From positions 32,001 through 96,000 of the forward strand of contig CALSNU010000005.1 in the NCBI GenBank assembly GCA_943787795.1: a stretch of DNA of 64,000 nucleotides. Direction: 5' to 3'. Below, piece by piece: positions 51,911 to 63,480 of the stretch; within the stretch, counting starts at the first letter, position 1; every line of letters begins with the position of its first letter. Source of the DNA: an uncultured bacterium (GTDB lineage Bacteria; Planctomycetota; UBA1135; GCA-002686595). The notes under the pieces were generated by a model. That model made no database searches, was not told where the DNA came from, and saw only the letters and a list, made by a program, of their open reading frames with translations. Both the position numbers and the translations under genes were made by a program.

Positions 51911-53269
51911 ATGTCAGATCAGAAGAAGCACGACGAGATCCACGGGGTCGTCGCCTACTTCGACGATGTCGATAGCGTGATGTCCGCGGCCCGCAAGGTC
52001 CGTGACGCTGGGTACAAGAAGTGGGACACCTACACGCCTTTCCCGGTCCACGGGATCGACGAGGCGATGGGCACCAAGCCGACGATCCTGCCCTGGATCG
52101 TGCTCGGCATGGGCCTGACGGGGATGGCCTGCGGCTTGCTGCTCCAGTGGTACACCAACGCGTACGACTACGTCTTCCTCATCAGCGGCAAGCCCAACTG
52201 GAGCCTGCCCGCCAACATCCCGGTCACCTTCGAGGTGGTCATCCTCTTCTCGGCGTACACGGCGTTCTTCGCGATGCTGGGGCTCAACAAGCTCCCGCAC
52301 CTGTCGAACCCGCTCCACAAGCTGCCGAAGTTCCGCCGGGTGACCGCGGACCGCTTCGCCATCTGCGTGGAAGCCAAGGACCCGAACTTCGACGCTGATC
52401 GCGTGCGCGCGATCCTCGGCGCCGAGACCTCGGAGCTGGAAGATTGCCCCGTCGACACCTCCAGGGCCGCCCTGCCGCTGTGGTTCCACGCGGTCATGGC
52501 CCTGGTGACCTGCGCGACCTTCATCCCGCTCTCCCTGGCCGTCAAGGGGCGCTTCGCGACGTCGGACAAGCCGCGCTACCACGTGTGGCCGGACATGGAC
52601 TTCCAGCGCAAGCGCAAGACCCAGACCGGCTGGGAAGGCTTCGAGGACGGTCGCTCCATGCGCCTCCCCGTCGAGGGGACGATCCCGCGCGGCGAGCTGC
52701 GCGACGACTTCGAGCTCTACTTCGGCGTTGCGCAGGGGGCCGCGGTTCCGCCGCGCGCCACCTACGAGGCCGGCGTCATGGGCGGCGATAAGTTCGAGTG
52801 GCTGTCCTCCTTCCCGACCGCCGTGGTCGTGGACGATGCCCTGCTTGAGCGTGGCCGTGAGCGTTACGGCATCTACTGCGGTGTCTGTCACGGTGCCCAG
52901 GGCAACGGTCTGGGTGCGGTCGCGCTGCGCGCGGCGGCCATCGACGCCGAGCAGTGGGGGTGGGTGTCGCCGAAGGCGCTCCAGTCCGACAGCGCCAAGG
53001 CGTACACCAACGGCGAGCTGTTCCACATCGCCAGCAACGGCATCAGCTCCATGAAGGGGTACGGATCTCAGATCACCCCCAAGGATCGCTGGGCCATCGT
53101 CGCCTTCGTCCGCGCCATCCAGGCGTCCCAGGCTCTTCCGAAGGCTCCCGCGGATCTCCCCGCTGGTGTCGACTTCGAGCCGGTCCCGACCATCAAAGAC
53201 GTGCGGCTCTCGGAGGCCAGCGTCGACGCCCCTGCCAGCGGCACCGAGCCCGCTGGCGAGGCTCGCTGA
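51911..53269 (+). CDS. actDE: fused alternative complex III subunits D and E (DUF3341 plus monoheme cytochrome c)
   Basis: YTPFPVHG and SGKP.WSLPANIPVTFE (ActD). DMDFQ, PVEGTIPRG, CGVCH, MKGYGSQI and DRWAIVAFVRA (ActE). Confidence 0.92.
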   Translation: MSDQKKHDEIHGVVAYFDDVDSVMSAARKVRDAGYKKWDTYTPFPVHGIDEAMGTKPTILPWIVLGMGLTGMACGLLLQWYTNAYDYVFLISGKPNWSLPANIPVTFEVVILFSAYTAFFAMLGLNKLPHLSNPLHKLPKFRRVTADRFAICVEAKDPNFDADRVRAILGAETSELEDCPVDTSRAALPLWFHAVMALVTCATFIPLSLAVKGRFATSDKPRYHVWPDMDFQRKRKTQTGWEGFEDGRSMRLPVEGTIPRGELRDDFELYFGVAQGAAVPPRATYEAGVMGGDKFEWLSSFPTAVVVDDALLERGRERYGIYCGVCHGAQGNGLGAVALRAAAIDAEQWGWVSPKALQSDSAKAYTNGELFHIASNGISSMKGYGSQITPKDRWAIVAFVRAIQASQALPKAPADLPAGVDFEPVPTIKDVRLSEASVDAPASGTEPAGEAR

Positions 53270-53346
53270 GCCCTCCCTTTCCCGCCCCTTTTCAGATCCT
53301 CTAACGGCCCTCCCGCGCCCTCGAGACAGCGAAACCTCGCAGCTCC

Positions 53347-54597
53347 ATGCACGGACCCATCGAAATTCCCACCACCGACCAAGTGACGGTGACCGGCCTG
53401 TCGAAGCCCGCCATGATTGGCCTGGGCGTCGGCGTCGCCGGACTCGCCGTGACCGCAGCCCTCGGATCGTCGGCGGGTGACGAGATGCGCCACTTCGGGC
53501 ACTCCATGCTCGTGGCCATCGTCTTCTTCCTGTCGATCAGCCTCGGCGCCCTGTTCTTCACGCTGCTCCAGCACGTGACGAGCGCGGGGTGGTCCGTGGT
53601 GGTGCGCCGGGTGGCGGAGGCCATGACGGCCGCGTTCCCGATCCTCGGGCTGCTGGTCCTCGGCGTCCTGGTGGCCCCCGTCCTGATGGACAAGGCCTGG
53701 ATCTACGACTGGGCCGACCTGGCCTTCGTCGACGCCCATGAGCTTGTCCAGCACAAGGCCGGCTACCTGAACGGGAAGTTCTTCCTCGTCCGCGTCCTCG
53801 CGTACTTCGCGGTGTGGATCGGCGTCTCACGCTTCTTCAGCGGCCAGTCCCTGGCCCAGGACGTGGACCAGGACAAGTCGCGCACCCTGAAGATGCAGGG
53901 CCGCAGCGGCATCTGCATGATCGCCTTCGGCCTGACCCTGACCTTCGCGATGTTCGACTTCATGATGTCGCTCAACGCGGAGTGGTTCAGCACGATGTAC
54001 GGCGTCTACATGTTCGCCGGCGCGTTCTGGTCGTCCCTGGCGACGCTCGCGCTGCTGACCATGTGGCTCGAGAAGCGCGGCCAGCTCAAGGGTGTCGTGA
54101 CCTCCGAGCACTACCACGACATCGGCAAGCTCATGTTCGCCTTCACGGTGTTCTGGAGCTACGTCGCGTTCAGTCAGTTCATGCTGTACTGGTACGCCGA
54201 CATCCCCGAAGAGACCCACTGGTTCAACTACCGGATCTGGGGCGACTGGAACGGCTTTGCGACCCTGCTCCTCATCGGGCACTTCGCCATCCCGCTCCTG
54301 GGGCTCATGTCCCGCCACGTGAAGCGCAACCGCTCGGTGCTCGCCGCGTGGGCCGTGTACTGCCTCGTGTTCCACTTCGTGGACCTCTACTGGAACGTGA
54401 TGCCTGAGATGGTCAACGGCGTTCCTGGCGGAGACCCGGCCACCACCGGGCCCCAGTTCGACCTGATGGACCTCACCGCCATGATCGGCGTCGGCGGCCT
54501 GTTCGCCTTCGCCGTCCTCAAGCGCATCGACGGGAAGCCCGCGCTCGCCATCGGCGACCCGCGGCTGCCCGAGTCCATGGCCTTCCAGAACATCTGA
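53347..54597 (+). CDS. actF: alternative complex III subunit F
   Basis: AGWSVVVRRVAE, MSLNAEWFSTMYG, HYHDIGKLMFAF and WYADIPEET. Confidence 0.93.
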   Translation: MHGPIEIPTTDQVTVTGLSKPAMIGLGVGVAGLAVTAALGSSAGDEMRHFGHSMLVAIVFFLSISLGALFFTLLQHVTSAGWSVVVRRVAEAMTAAFPILGLLVLGVLVAPVLMDKAWIYDWADLAFVDAHELVQHKAGYLNGKFFLVRVLAYFAVWIGVSRFFSGQSLAQDVDQDKSRTLKMQGRSGICMIAFGLTLTFAMFDFMMSLNAEWFSTMYGVYMFAGAFWSSLATLALLTMWLEKRGQLKGVVTSEHYHDIGKLMFAFTVFWSYVAFSQFMLYWYADIPEETHWFNYRIWGDWNGFATLLLIGHFAIPLLGLMSRHVKRNRSVLAAWAVYCLVFHFVDLYWNVMPEMVNGVPGGDPATTGPQFDLMDLTAMIGVGGLFAFAVLKRIDGKPALAIGDPRLPESMAFQNI

Positions 54598-54629
54598 GCC
54601 CCCGTCTTTCCCAGGACACATCCAGTTCC

Positions 54630-54980
54630 ATGGCCAACGAGCAAGCACAGACCAGTGAGCGCGAGATCGAAGAGGACGTCGTCAACGTCGGCTTCATCGC
54701 GTGGCTCGGCGGGGTCGCCACGATCCTCATCGCCGTCTCGGTGATCCTCCTCACCGCCGTCTATTACGTCACCCTCGACCAGCGCGAAGCCCGACTCCAG
54801 GAGGAGGCGGACGCCCGCGTCACGGACCTCGAGGCCCAGCAGACCATCGACGCCATGGTCGTCGACGGCTTCTTCAAGCACCCCGACATCGATGATGGCC
54901 AGGGCAATGTGACGCGCGGCACTGTGAGCATCCCTGTCTCGGAGGGGATGAAAAAAGTCATCGAGGACGCGAATCGCTGA
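54630..54980 (+). CDS. small single-TM protein, probable ActG-like subunit
   Basis: One TM helix. Sits between actF and sco, with a C-terminal IPV.E.M pattern. Confidence 0.6.
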   Translation: MANEQAQTSEREIEEDVVNVGFIAWLGGVATILIAVSVILLTAVYYVTLDQREARLQEEADARVTDLEAQQTIDAMVVDGFFKHPDIDDGQGNVTRGTVSIPVSEGMKKVIEDANR

Positions 54981-55033
54981 AGTCCTCGGTGCTCCGGCAT
55001 CGAAGCCTGACGGGTACCAACTACATGTTCCCC

Positions 55034-55963
55034 ATGAACCTCCAACAGATGGGCGCGCTGCGCCCCCTGACGCTGCTCGCCGCCACCGCGGCGCTCGGCG
55101 TGGTGGCCATGGGGCAGGATGTCTCAGGCGAGGGGCTTGCCAAGCCCCTTGGCGCGGTGACCGCCGATGACCTCCTGGACGGCGTCGGGATCGAGCAGCA
55201 CCTCGAGGCGATGCTCCCTCTGGACACGTCCTTCCTGGGCGCGGGCGGCGACGAGGTCGCCCTCGGCGACTACTTCGACGGCGAGCGGCCCACGATCCTG
55301 ACCCTCAACTACGTCGACTGCCCGCAGCTCTGCAGCATGCAGCTGTCGAAGTTGACGGAGGCGATGGCGGCCATCGATCTGAATCTGGGCGAGGACTACC
55401 GAGTCCTCACCGTGAGCATCGATCCCCGCGACACGCCCGAGAAGGCGGCGGGGTCGGAGGAGCGGTACCTCAGCGACTACGTCTTCGTCTCCGACAAGCT
55501 GGACATCACGCGCCCCGACCCGGCCGGCGGGTGGTCCTACCTGGTGGGGGACAAGCTCGAGATCGACCGGGTCGCCACGGCGGCGGGCTTCAGCTATCGC
55601 TGGGTCGAGTCCCAGGGCGAGTACGCCCACCAGGCCGCGACGATCCTCTGCTCGCCGAGCGGACAGATCACGCGCTACCTCGACGGCACGTTCGTGCCGC
55701 CCGAGACCCTCCGCACGGCGCTCCTCGAGGCCGGCGAAGGGAAGATCGGAACGCTGTTCGAGAACGCGTTCCTCAACTGTCTCATCTTTGATTCGACCAC
55801 GGGTCAATACACGACCGACGCGATCATGCTTCTCAAGATCGCGGCTGCACTGACGGCAATGTCCGTCGCGGGCGGTGTCTTCTTCCTTCGGCGCGGCGAA
55901 GCGCAGCAGGGGCCTCAAGAGGCCCCCGCGGCCGGCGCGTTGGGCGGAGACCCGAGCAACTGA
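55034..55963 (+). CDS. sco: SCO1/SenC copper chaperone
   Basis: CPQLC (CxxxC), TVSIDPRDTP, EYAH and a C-terminal TM helix. Confidence 0.92.
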   Translation: MNLQQMGALRPLTLLAATAALGVVAMGQDVSGEGLAKPLGAVTADDLLDGVGIEQHLEAMLPLDTSFLGAGGDEVALGDYFDGERPTILTLNYVDCPQLCSMQLSKLTEAMAAIDLNLGEDYRVLTVSIDPRDTPEKAAGSEERYLSDYVFVSDKLDITRPDPAGGWSYLVGDKLEIDRVATAAGFSYRWVESQGEYAHQAATILCSPSGQITRYLDGTFVPPETLRTALLEAGEGKIGTLFENAFLNCLIFDSTTGQYTTDAIMLLKIAAALTAMSVAGGVFFLRRGEAQQGPQEAPAAGALGGDPSN

Positions 55964-55973
55964 AACCAGGACC

Positions 55974-57416
55974 ATGAAGCTTCAAGCCTTCCTACTCACC
56001 ACCCTCCTCGGACTCGCGGGCGCCAGCGCTGGCCTCGCCCAGGACGACGCGGCTCCGGCGGCACCCACGGCGGAGGAATCCGCCGCTGCAGATTCTGCCG
56101 CCGCGGCCGAGGACGCCGCGCCCGCCGCTTCGGCGACGATTCGCGTGGTCGCTGACCTCGACGTGGACGCCGTGATCGCGGCCTTCAACGAGGGGAGCGA
56201 CGCGCCGCGAACGTTCACCGACGAGGAGCGCTCCTGGATCGCCGCCGGTGTGGCCCCGGGGGACATCGACAAGGCCCACAAGGGCTACGTCGCCATCCCG
56301 TCCACCGACCCGAACGTGGTGATCATCAATCGGAACGGCAAGGAGCTCCGGGTGACCTCGAACGCCAAGCCCAATCGGCCCCCGGTGATCACCCCCGACA
56401 GCGTCCACATGATGCCGTTCGCGCCCGAGGTGGATAACGGCACCTTCTGGATGGCGGAGGCCGCGTCCGAGACCGCGAAGGACGTGGACCGGATGTTCAA
56501 CTTCATCATGTGGATCAACTACATCTTCGCCGCGATCATCGGCGGGCTGATGGTGGTCTTCTGCGTCAAGTATCGGCGTCGCCCGGGCGTGCGAGCGGAC
56601 CAGTCGATCACCCACCACACACCCCTCGAGATCACCTGGAGCATCATCCCCACGATCCTGTGTGCGGTCATGTTCTGGGGCGGCTACGTGACCTTCCTCG
56701 ACCTCCGTACGCCGCCGCCCGACAGCATGAAGGTGAACGTGACGGCGTACCGGTGGGGCTGGAACTTCCAGTATCCCAGCGGCGTGGAGAGCCCCCAGGA
56801 GTTCCACGTGCCGGCCAACACGCCGATCGAGCTGGTGATGACCTCCACGGATACGCTCCACTCGTTCCACCTGCCGGCCTACCGGTCCAAGTCTGACGTG
56901 CTGCCGAACCGGTACACGAAGATCTGGTTCAACTCCGGTGAGCCGGGCACCTACCGCGTGTACTGCACCGAGTACTGCGGCAAGGATCACAGCAACATGT
57001 ACGCCAAGCTCGTCGTCGAGCCACGCGAGGACTACGAGGCCTGGCTGACCAAGGCGGGCAACTGGATGGTCGACGAGAACGGGGAGATGAAGCCGCTCCT
57101 CGAGATCGGCGAGCTGACCTACAACCGGCGGGGCTGCAAGTCCTGTCACTCCATCGACGGCACCAAGGGCACCGGCCCGACCTTCGCGGGTCTCTGGGGG
57201 CTAGAGCGCCAATTCGATGATGGCACGTCCGCGGTGGCGGACGAGCAGTACATCAATCAGTCGATCCGTGACCCCTACAGCCAGGTGGTCGTGGACGCGA
57301 ACGGAGTCAGCTACGGCAAGCAGATGACCATCTACAGCCCGATGCTCCCGGTGGAGCAGATCAACGGGATGATCGAGTTCATCAAGTCCCTTGAAGGGGT
57401 GGCCCGCAAGGACTGA
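55974..57416 (+). CDS. coxB: caa3 cytochrome c oxidase subunit II with fused cytochrome c
   Basis: LEITWSIIP, RWGWNFQY, CuA ligands HSF...CTEYCGKDHSNM and C-terminal CKSCH. Confidence 0.95.
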   Translation: MKLQAFLLTTLLGLAGASAGLAQDDAAPAAPTAEESAAADSAAAAEDAAPAASATIRVVADLDVDAVIAAFNEGSDAPRTFTDEERSWIAAGVAPGDIDKAHKGYVAIPSTDPNVVIINRNGKELRVTSNAKPNRPPVITPDSVHMMPFAPEVDNGTFWMAEAASETAKDVDRMFNFIMWINYIFAAIIGGLMVVFCVKYRRRPGVRADQSITHHTPLEITWSIIPTILCAVMFWGGYVTFLDLRTPPPDSMKVNVTAYRWGWNFQYPSGVESPQEFHVPANTPIELVMTSTDTLHSFHLPAYRSKSDVLPNRYTKIWFNSGEPGTYRVYCTEYCGKDHSNMYAKLVVEPREDYEAWLTKAGNWMVDENGEMKPLLEIGELTYNRRGCKSCHSIDGTKGTGPTFAGLWGLERQFDDGTSAVADEQYINQSIRDPYSQVVVDANGVSYGKQMTIYSPMLPVEQINGMIEFIKSLEGVARKD

Positions 57417-57600
57417 CCCCAGAGACCGAGACAGCGCCGCGGGGCGGGGGGCTCAACCCTCTTTCCCGCGGGACAGCGCGGACGCCAGGCGCGCGGGACC
57501 TGCCCGGCAAGACTCCCCGATCGGGGAAGACCACGCGACGAACCAACCAAGAACCACCCAGCTCACTGGCATCCTCCGGTGACTGGAGCAAGACACTCCG

Positions 57601-59292
<1,692 letters not shown>

Positions 59293-59430
59293 TCCTTTCA
59301 CAGCCCGAGGGCCGGCAGCTCGCCGGCTCTCGGACTCCTTCCAACCCTTCCCCGCCCCGGTCCCCGGGGCTCCCCCTCGAACCGCGGTCCCGCTGATCCC
59401 CTTCAGCAACCGCTGGAACGACGCTCACCA

Positions 59431-60342
59431 ATGTCTGACGCTCACGGACACGGCGACAAGCCCTTCCTCGCCCACCACTTCGAGGACGAAGACCACCAGT
59501 TCGACTCCGGCAAGCTGGGGATCTGGGCCTTCCTGGTGACCGAGATCCTGTTCTTCAGCGGTCTCTTCTGCGCCTACGTCATCTATCGCGCGATGCACCC
59601 GGAGGTCTTCACCTTCGCGTCCAACGCGCTGGATACGCAGATGGGCGCCATCAACACCGGGGTGCTCATCTTCTCCAGCCTCACGGCCGCCTGGGCCGTG
59701 CGGAACGCCCAGCTCGGTCAGAAGACCGGGCTGATCGTGAACCTCTCGATCACGATCCTGTGCGCGTTCGGGTTCATGGGGATCAAGTACCTCGAGTACT
59801 CCCACAAGTTCCACCTGGGCCTGTTCCCCGGGGACAAGTACGAGGCCAAGGAGGGCGCCTACGGCGACGAGAGCAAGGGCAACGCGAACACCGTGGCCTT
59901 CACCTCCCCTGACCAGGAGGAGAGCTCCGAGGAGTCCCTGCCCGGCGTGGCCTACTCGCTGGGTGACACCCAGGAGGCCGAACTCGCCGAGGCGGCGGAG
60001 GCCCTGGAGGACCACTCCGGCGAGGCGCACGCGGACGGAGACCACGCAGATGGGGACCACGCCGATGGGCACGCGCCCCTCGCGCCGTGGAATGACCCCA
60101 ACGTGCCCGAGAGCACCAAGCGGAAGCTGAAGATCTTCTTCGGCATCTACTTCTGCATGACGGGCCTGCACGGCATCCACGTGCTCATCGGGATCCTCGT
60201 CCTGGGCTGGCTCCTGACCCGCGCGATCCGCGGGCACTTCACGCCGACCTACTACGGGCCGATCGACTTCGCGGCCCTGTACTGGCACCTGGTCGACCTG
60301 ATCTGGATCTACCTGTTCCCGCTGCTCTACCTGATCAACTGA
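59431..60342 (+). CDS. coxC: cytochrome c oxidase subunit III with acidic/His-rich insertion
   Basis: GIWAFLVTEILFFSGLF, NTGVLIFSS, TGLHGIHV and LYWHLVDLIW. Confidence 0.93.
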   Translation: MSDAHGHGDKPFLAHHFEDEDHQFDSGKLGIWAFLVTEILFFSGLFCAYVIYRAMHPEVFTFASNALDTQMGAINTGVLIFSSLTAAWAVRNAQLGQKTGLIVNLSITILCAFGFMGIKYLEYSHKFHLGLFPGDKYEAKEGAYGDESKGNANTVAFTSPDQEESSEESLPGVAYSLGDTQEAELAEAAEALEDHSGEAHADGDHADGDHADGHAPLAPWNDPNVPESTKRKLKIFFGIYFCMTGLHGIHVLIGILVLGWLLTRAIRGHFTPTYYGPIDFAALYWHLVDLIWIYLFPLLYLIN

Positions 60343-60398
60343 GCCCGCGCGGCTGACCTCCTCTTCACCAGCGACGCCCCGCAAGCCACAAGACTCCC

Positions 60399-60779
60399 AT
60401 GACTGCTGCAGCCTCCACGGAACACGACCACGCCGAGGGTCATGATCACGGCGACCACCACGTCCTCCCGCTCTGGCTCCTGATCGGGACCTGGTTGGCC
60501 CTGATGGGCCTGACCGTCTTCACCGTCACGGCCTCAACCTTCCCGCTCGGTGCCTTCGACCTCCCGGTCGCCATGGCCATCGCGACGGTCAAGGCGACCC
60601 TGGTGATGCTGATCTTCATGCACCTGGGGTTCGACAAGGGCTTCCACTCGCTCCTGATCTACGGGTCGTTCCTGTTCGTCTTCCTGTTCATCAGCTTCGT
60701 CTGGATCGACCGCGGTCAGTACCAGGTCGACATCAACGAGAAGGAGCAGCAGGAGATCGCCATCGACCTGGGGCAGTGA
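60399..60779 (+). CDS. coxD: cytochrome c oxidase subunit IV
   Basis: Three TM helices and IATVKATLVMLIFMHL. Confidence 0.9.
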   Translation: MTAAASTEHDHAEGHDHGDHHVLPLWLLIGTWLALMGLTVFTVTASTFPLGAFDLPVAMAIATVKATLVMLIFMHLGFDKGFHSLLIYGSFLFVFLFISFVWIDRGQYQVDINEKEQQEIAIDLGQ

Positions 60780-60829
60780 CCTCGGTCAGGCGGGCTCCGT
60801 CCCGTGACGGTCCGCCACGGGACTCCGAC

Positions 60830-60870
60830 GCGGCCCCGCTGCCTTCCCCCGGGGGAGGGGGCGGGGCCGC
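60830..60870 (+). terminator. GC-rich hairpin after the act-cox operon
   Basis: GCGGCCCCGC...GCGGGGCCGC outer stem with inner CCTTCCC/GGGAGG-type pairing. No clear U tract. Confidence 0.55.
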
Positions 60871-61025
60871 CTCCATTGACCTTCGTCCGCGGCTGGCCCA
60901 GCGTCCTGGCGCCGGTCGGTATCCGCCTGGGACGGCCCCGCAGCCGCGCCGTGCGGTAATCGGCCTCAGGGCGGCATCAGGGGTCTATCCGCGCGCGAAG
61001 ATGGTCTAGATTCCTCCCACGACCC

Positions 61026-61706
61026 ATGAGCTATTCCACCCCAGGCCCCTTACGTCAAATCGATCGCTTTGCCCGCCTTGAGGTGTCCGGCGACCTGCCC
61101 GAGGGTGGATACGCCGGCGCCGGAGCGCGCGGCGTGGCGCCCGCCGAGGTGCCTGCGTCCGAGTCCGAGGTGCTGGGCTTCGGGATGAAGCTGTTCCTGG
61201 CCTCCCTGACCATGATCTTTGGCGCGACCTTCGCTGCCTACGGGATCATCTGGTGGCGATCCCGGGACGAGTGGCAGGGCGCAGTCGACAGCGGCGAGGT
61301 GATGCGGCTCGCTGCCGCCACGGTGCTGCTCGTCGTCGCTGACATCGCGGCGGCGCGCGCCTACCGCAAGGAGGACGACCGGACAGCCGCGTTCAAGCTC
61401 ACCCGGCTGACGCTCATCACGGCCTCGATCTACCTCGTCGTCCAGAGCTTCAGCTGGATCCCCCTGATCGCCCAGGGGGACCCCGACGGGGACGGGACGC
61501 TGCGCATGGAGGGGTTCCTCTTTCTCATGCTCACGATCGCTCACGCCGCTCACGTGCTCGGAGGCGTGGTGGCGAACGGGATCGTGCTCTCACGCTCCAC
61601 GGGAGGGCGCGGCCCCCTCGCCGGCTCGCTCCAGATGCTCTACCAGTACTGGCGCTTCCTCACGGTCATGTGGGTCGCCGTCCTCGCGCTCCTCTTCGGT
61701 ATGTAG
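61026..61706 (+). CDS. divergent heme-copper oxidase subunit III paralog
   Basis: GMKLFLASLTMIFG, LTIAHAAHVLGG and YWRFLTVMW align with subunit III motifs. Confidence 0.8.
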   Translation: MSYSTPGPLRQIDRFARLEVSGDLPEGGYAGAGARGVAPAEVPASESEVLGFGMKLFLASLTMIFGATFAAYGIIWWRSRDEWQGAVDSGEVMRLAAATVLLVVADIAAARAYRKEDDRTAAFKLTRLTLITASIYLVVQSFSWIPLIAQGDPDGDGTLRMEGFLFLMLTIAHAAHVLGGVVANGIVLSRSTGGRGPLAGSLQMLYQYWRFLTVMWVAVLALLFGM

Positions 61707-61995
61707 CGAGCCGGCGAGGGGGCCCCTCGGGCCGCCCGGCTGACTCTCGGACCTGGCCCTGCTCGCGGGGGACTCTCCCGCCGGCCCACGCGAGGCTCGC
61801 CCGCCGGCTTGGGGCCGTCCTCCGGGCGCCCGGCGAGAGTCCTCCCCGGCCCGTCCCACCGTTGAGCCCCGCGGTCCCCGGAGGCGCGCCGTGGTTCGCC
61901 ATCCAGGGGCCCGCCCTGGTCGGTGGCGTCCACCGCTGCCCTGTCCCGGCCTTCGGGCTTCCCAGGTCTTAGGCCCCAACTCTCGGCCCAAGGTC

Positions 61996-62176
61996 GCGGC
62001 AGTGGCCCGGCGGCAGTGGCCCGGCGGCAGTGACCCGGCGGCAGCGACCCGGCGGCTGTGGCCCAGCGGCAGTGGCCCAGAGGTGGGAGCCCAGAGGTGG
62101 GGCTTAGGGGTCGGGACTCAGAGGTTGGGACTCAGAGGTGGGGACTCAGAGGTGGGGACTCAGAGGTCGGGGCCCG
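61996..62176. repeat. 14-bp tandem array (~13 units) grading from GCGGCAGTGGCCCG to GAGGTGGGGACTCA
   Basis: Contiguous units directly visible. Confidence 0.9.
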
Positions 62177-62322
62177 TGAGGGGGCGGCCTCTTGGGGGCT
62201 GCCGCGGCTCGCGATCCGTCCCGTCTTGGCGGTCCGAGCGGCGCCTTGCGGGTCTCCCCGCCGTGGGTCCTCGGCGCCGGCAAGGGCCAATACCGCGCCT
62301 GAGGGGCGGATATGCTGCGGCC

Positions 62323-62529
62323 ATGGAGATGGTCGCCTTTCTCGCCGGGCTGTTGGTGTTCGGCCTGGTCAAGCTCGTCCTCATCGCGACGGTGACCCGC
62401 AACGACGGCGCTGAGGGCATGCGGCGGACCTGGCGTGGCAGCGAGCTGCGAGTGCAGGGGCTGGAGACCAAGGTCGAGCGCCCTGAGGCACAGCTCCAGG
62501 CCTCGGAGAGAGATCGAAGCGCCCCCTGA
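62323..62529 (+). CDS. small single-TM / coiled-coil hypothetical protein
   Basis: MEMVAFLAGLLVFGLVKLVLIATV...LETKVERPEAQL, with TATGCT 6 nt upstream. Confidence 0.5.
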   Translation: MEMVAFLAGLLVFGLVKLVLIATVTRNDGAEGMRRTWRGSELRVQGLETKVERPEAQLQASERDRSAP

Positions 62530-62553
62530 GCTGCCGTTGCAGTGCCCGGGGCC

Positions 62554-62811
62554 ATGACGCTGCTCCCGCTCTCCATCGCAGCCGGCCCCTCCGAGGTGTG
62601 GTTCCTGCTTCCCGGCAGGGCTCTCGGTCTTCGGCGCGGCCGTGCTCGTCCTCGCCGTGTTCAGGAGGGCTCCAGGCGGTGGCGATGGAAGGCGCGTGAC
62701 CCCGCCAGGCGGCGCCCTGCGGATGTGGGAGCCGGGACCAGGGCCCCGGAGCAGGGCCCGGGAGCCTGGACCCGTCCTGAGGCTTCGGAGGACGGCCAGG
62801 GCGGCGCCTGA
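62554..62811 (+). pseudogene. possible frameshifted paralog of the preceding small membrane protein
   Basis: MTLLPLSIAAGPSEVWFLL continues in the +1 frame as AGLSVFGAAVLVLAVFRR, resembling AGLLVFGLVKLVL. Confidence 0.3.
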
Positions 62812-63480
62812 GGGTGTGGCAGCCGGACCGCGACGAGGCCGAAGAGTGGTGCCGGCGACAGAGCGATGCGCCGGCCTCCAGGGACGCCCCGCTCCATGTG
62901 GGCCCGGTCCCCCGGTCCCTGCCCCGCTGCTCAGGTGGTCGCGGCGACCCGAGTTGGACCGACCTGCGCTCTGGACCACCCTGCTCCGCGGACACCACCG
63001 CCGCAGTGGGGGCAGAGGAGCCGCCCTTAGAGTGCCGGCGTCCGACCGGGGAGGGGGTCCGCGGCTCCTCTCCAATAGGCGCCCTTGATCTGCTCGAGGC
63101 GACTTCAGTCCCAGAGGGCGCCCACTGGGCCTTCCGCGAAGACCCGCCGGACCAGAGGGGCGGTGCGTTGACTCCGCCGCGCCGGGAGGTGCCCCGGTAC
63201 GAGAGGCTCGACCGCAGCCCCTTCGTCGAAGTGGCTAGCGGGGGGCTCTGGCCTCTCGGTGCGGTCGCGCTCCTCCTCGGGGAGGGCTGCCGCGTCATCG
63301 CCAATACGTCCCGGTCTCGACCCCGCCGATCGCGTCTCGGAGCCTGAATGGCTGCAGTGGCCCGTGGACGTCCGCTCGCATGTCGCCCTGCCCCCTGTAG
63401 TCCCGCTGCTGGAAGAGACTCCCGATGCGATCTCTGCGGCAGCGGCGCAGGTGGAGCCGCGTGATCTGTGGCCGGACGGT

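Noticed and set aside
62814..63480. ORFs between the small membrane genes and the HAD gene
   Set aside because: No recognisable motifs or consistent codon bias.
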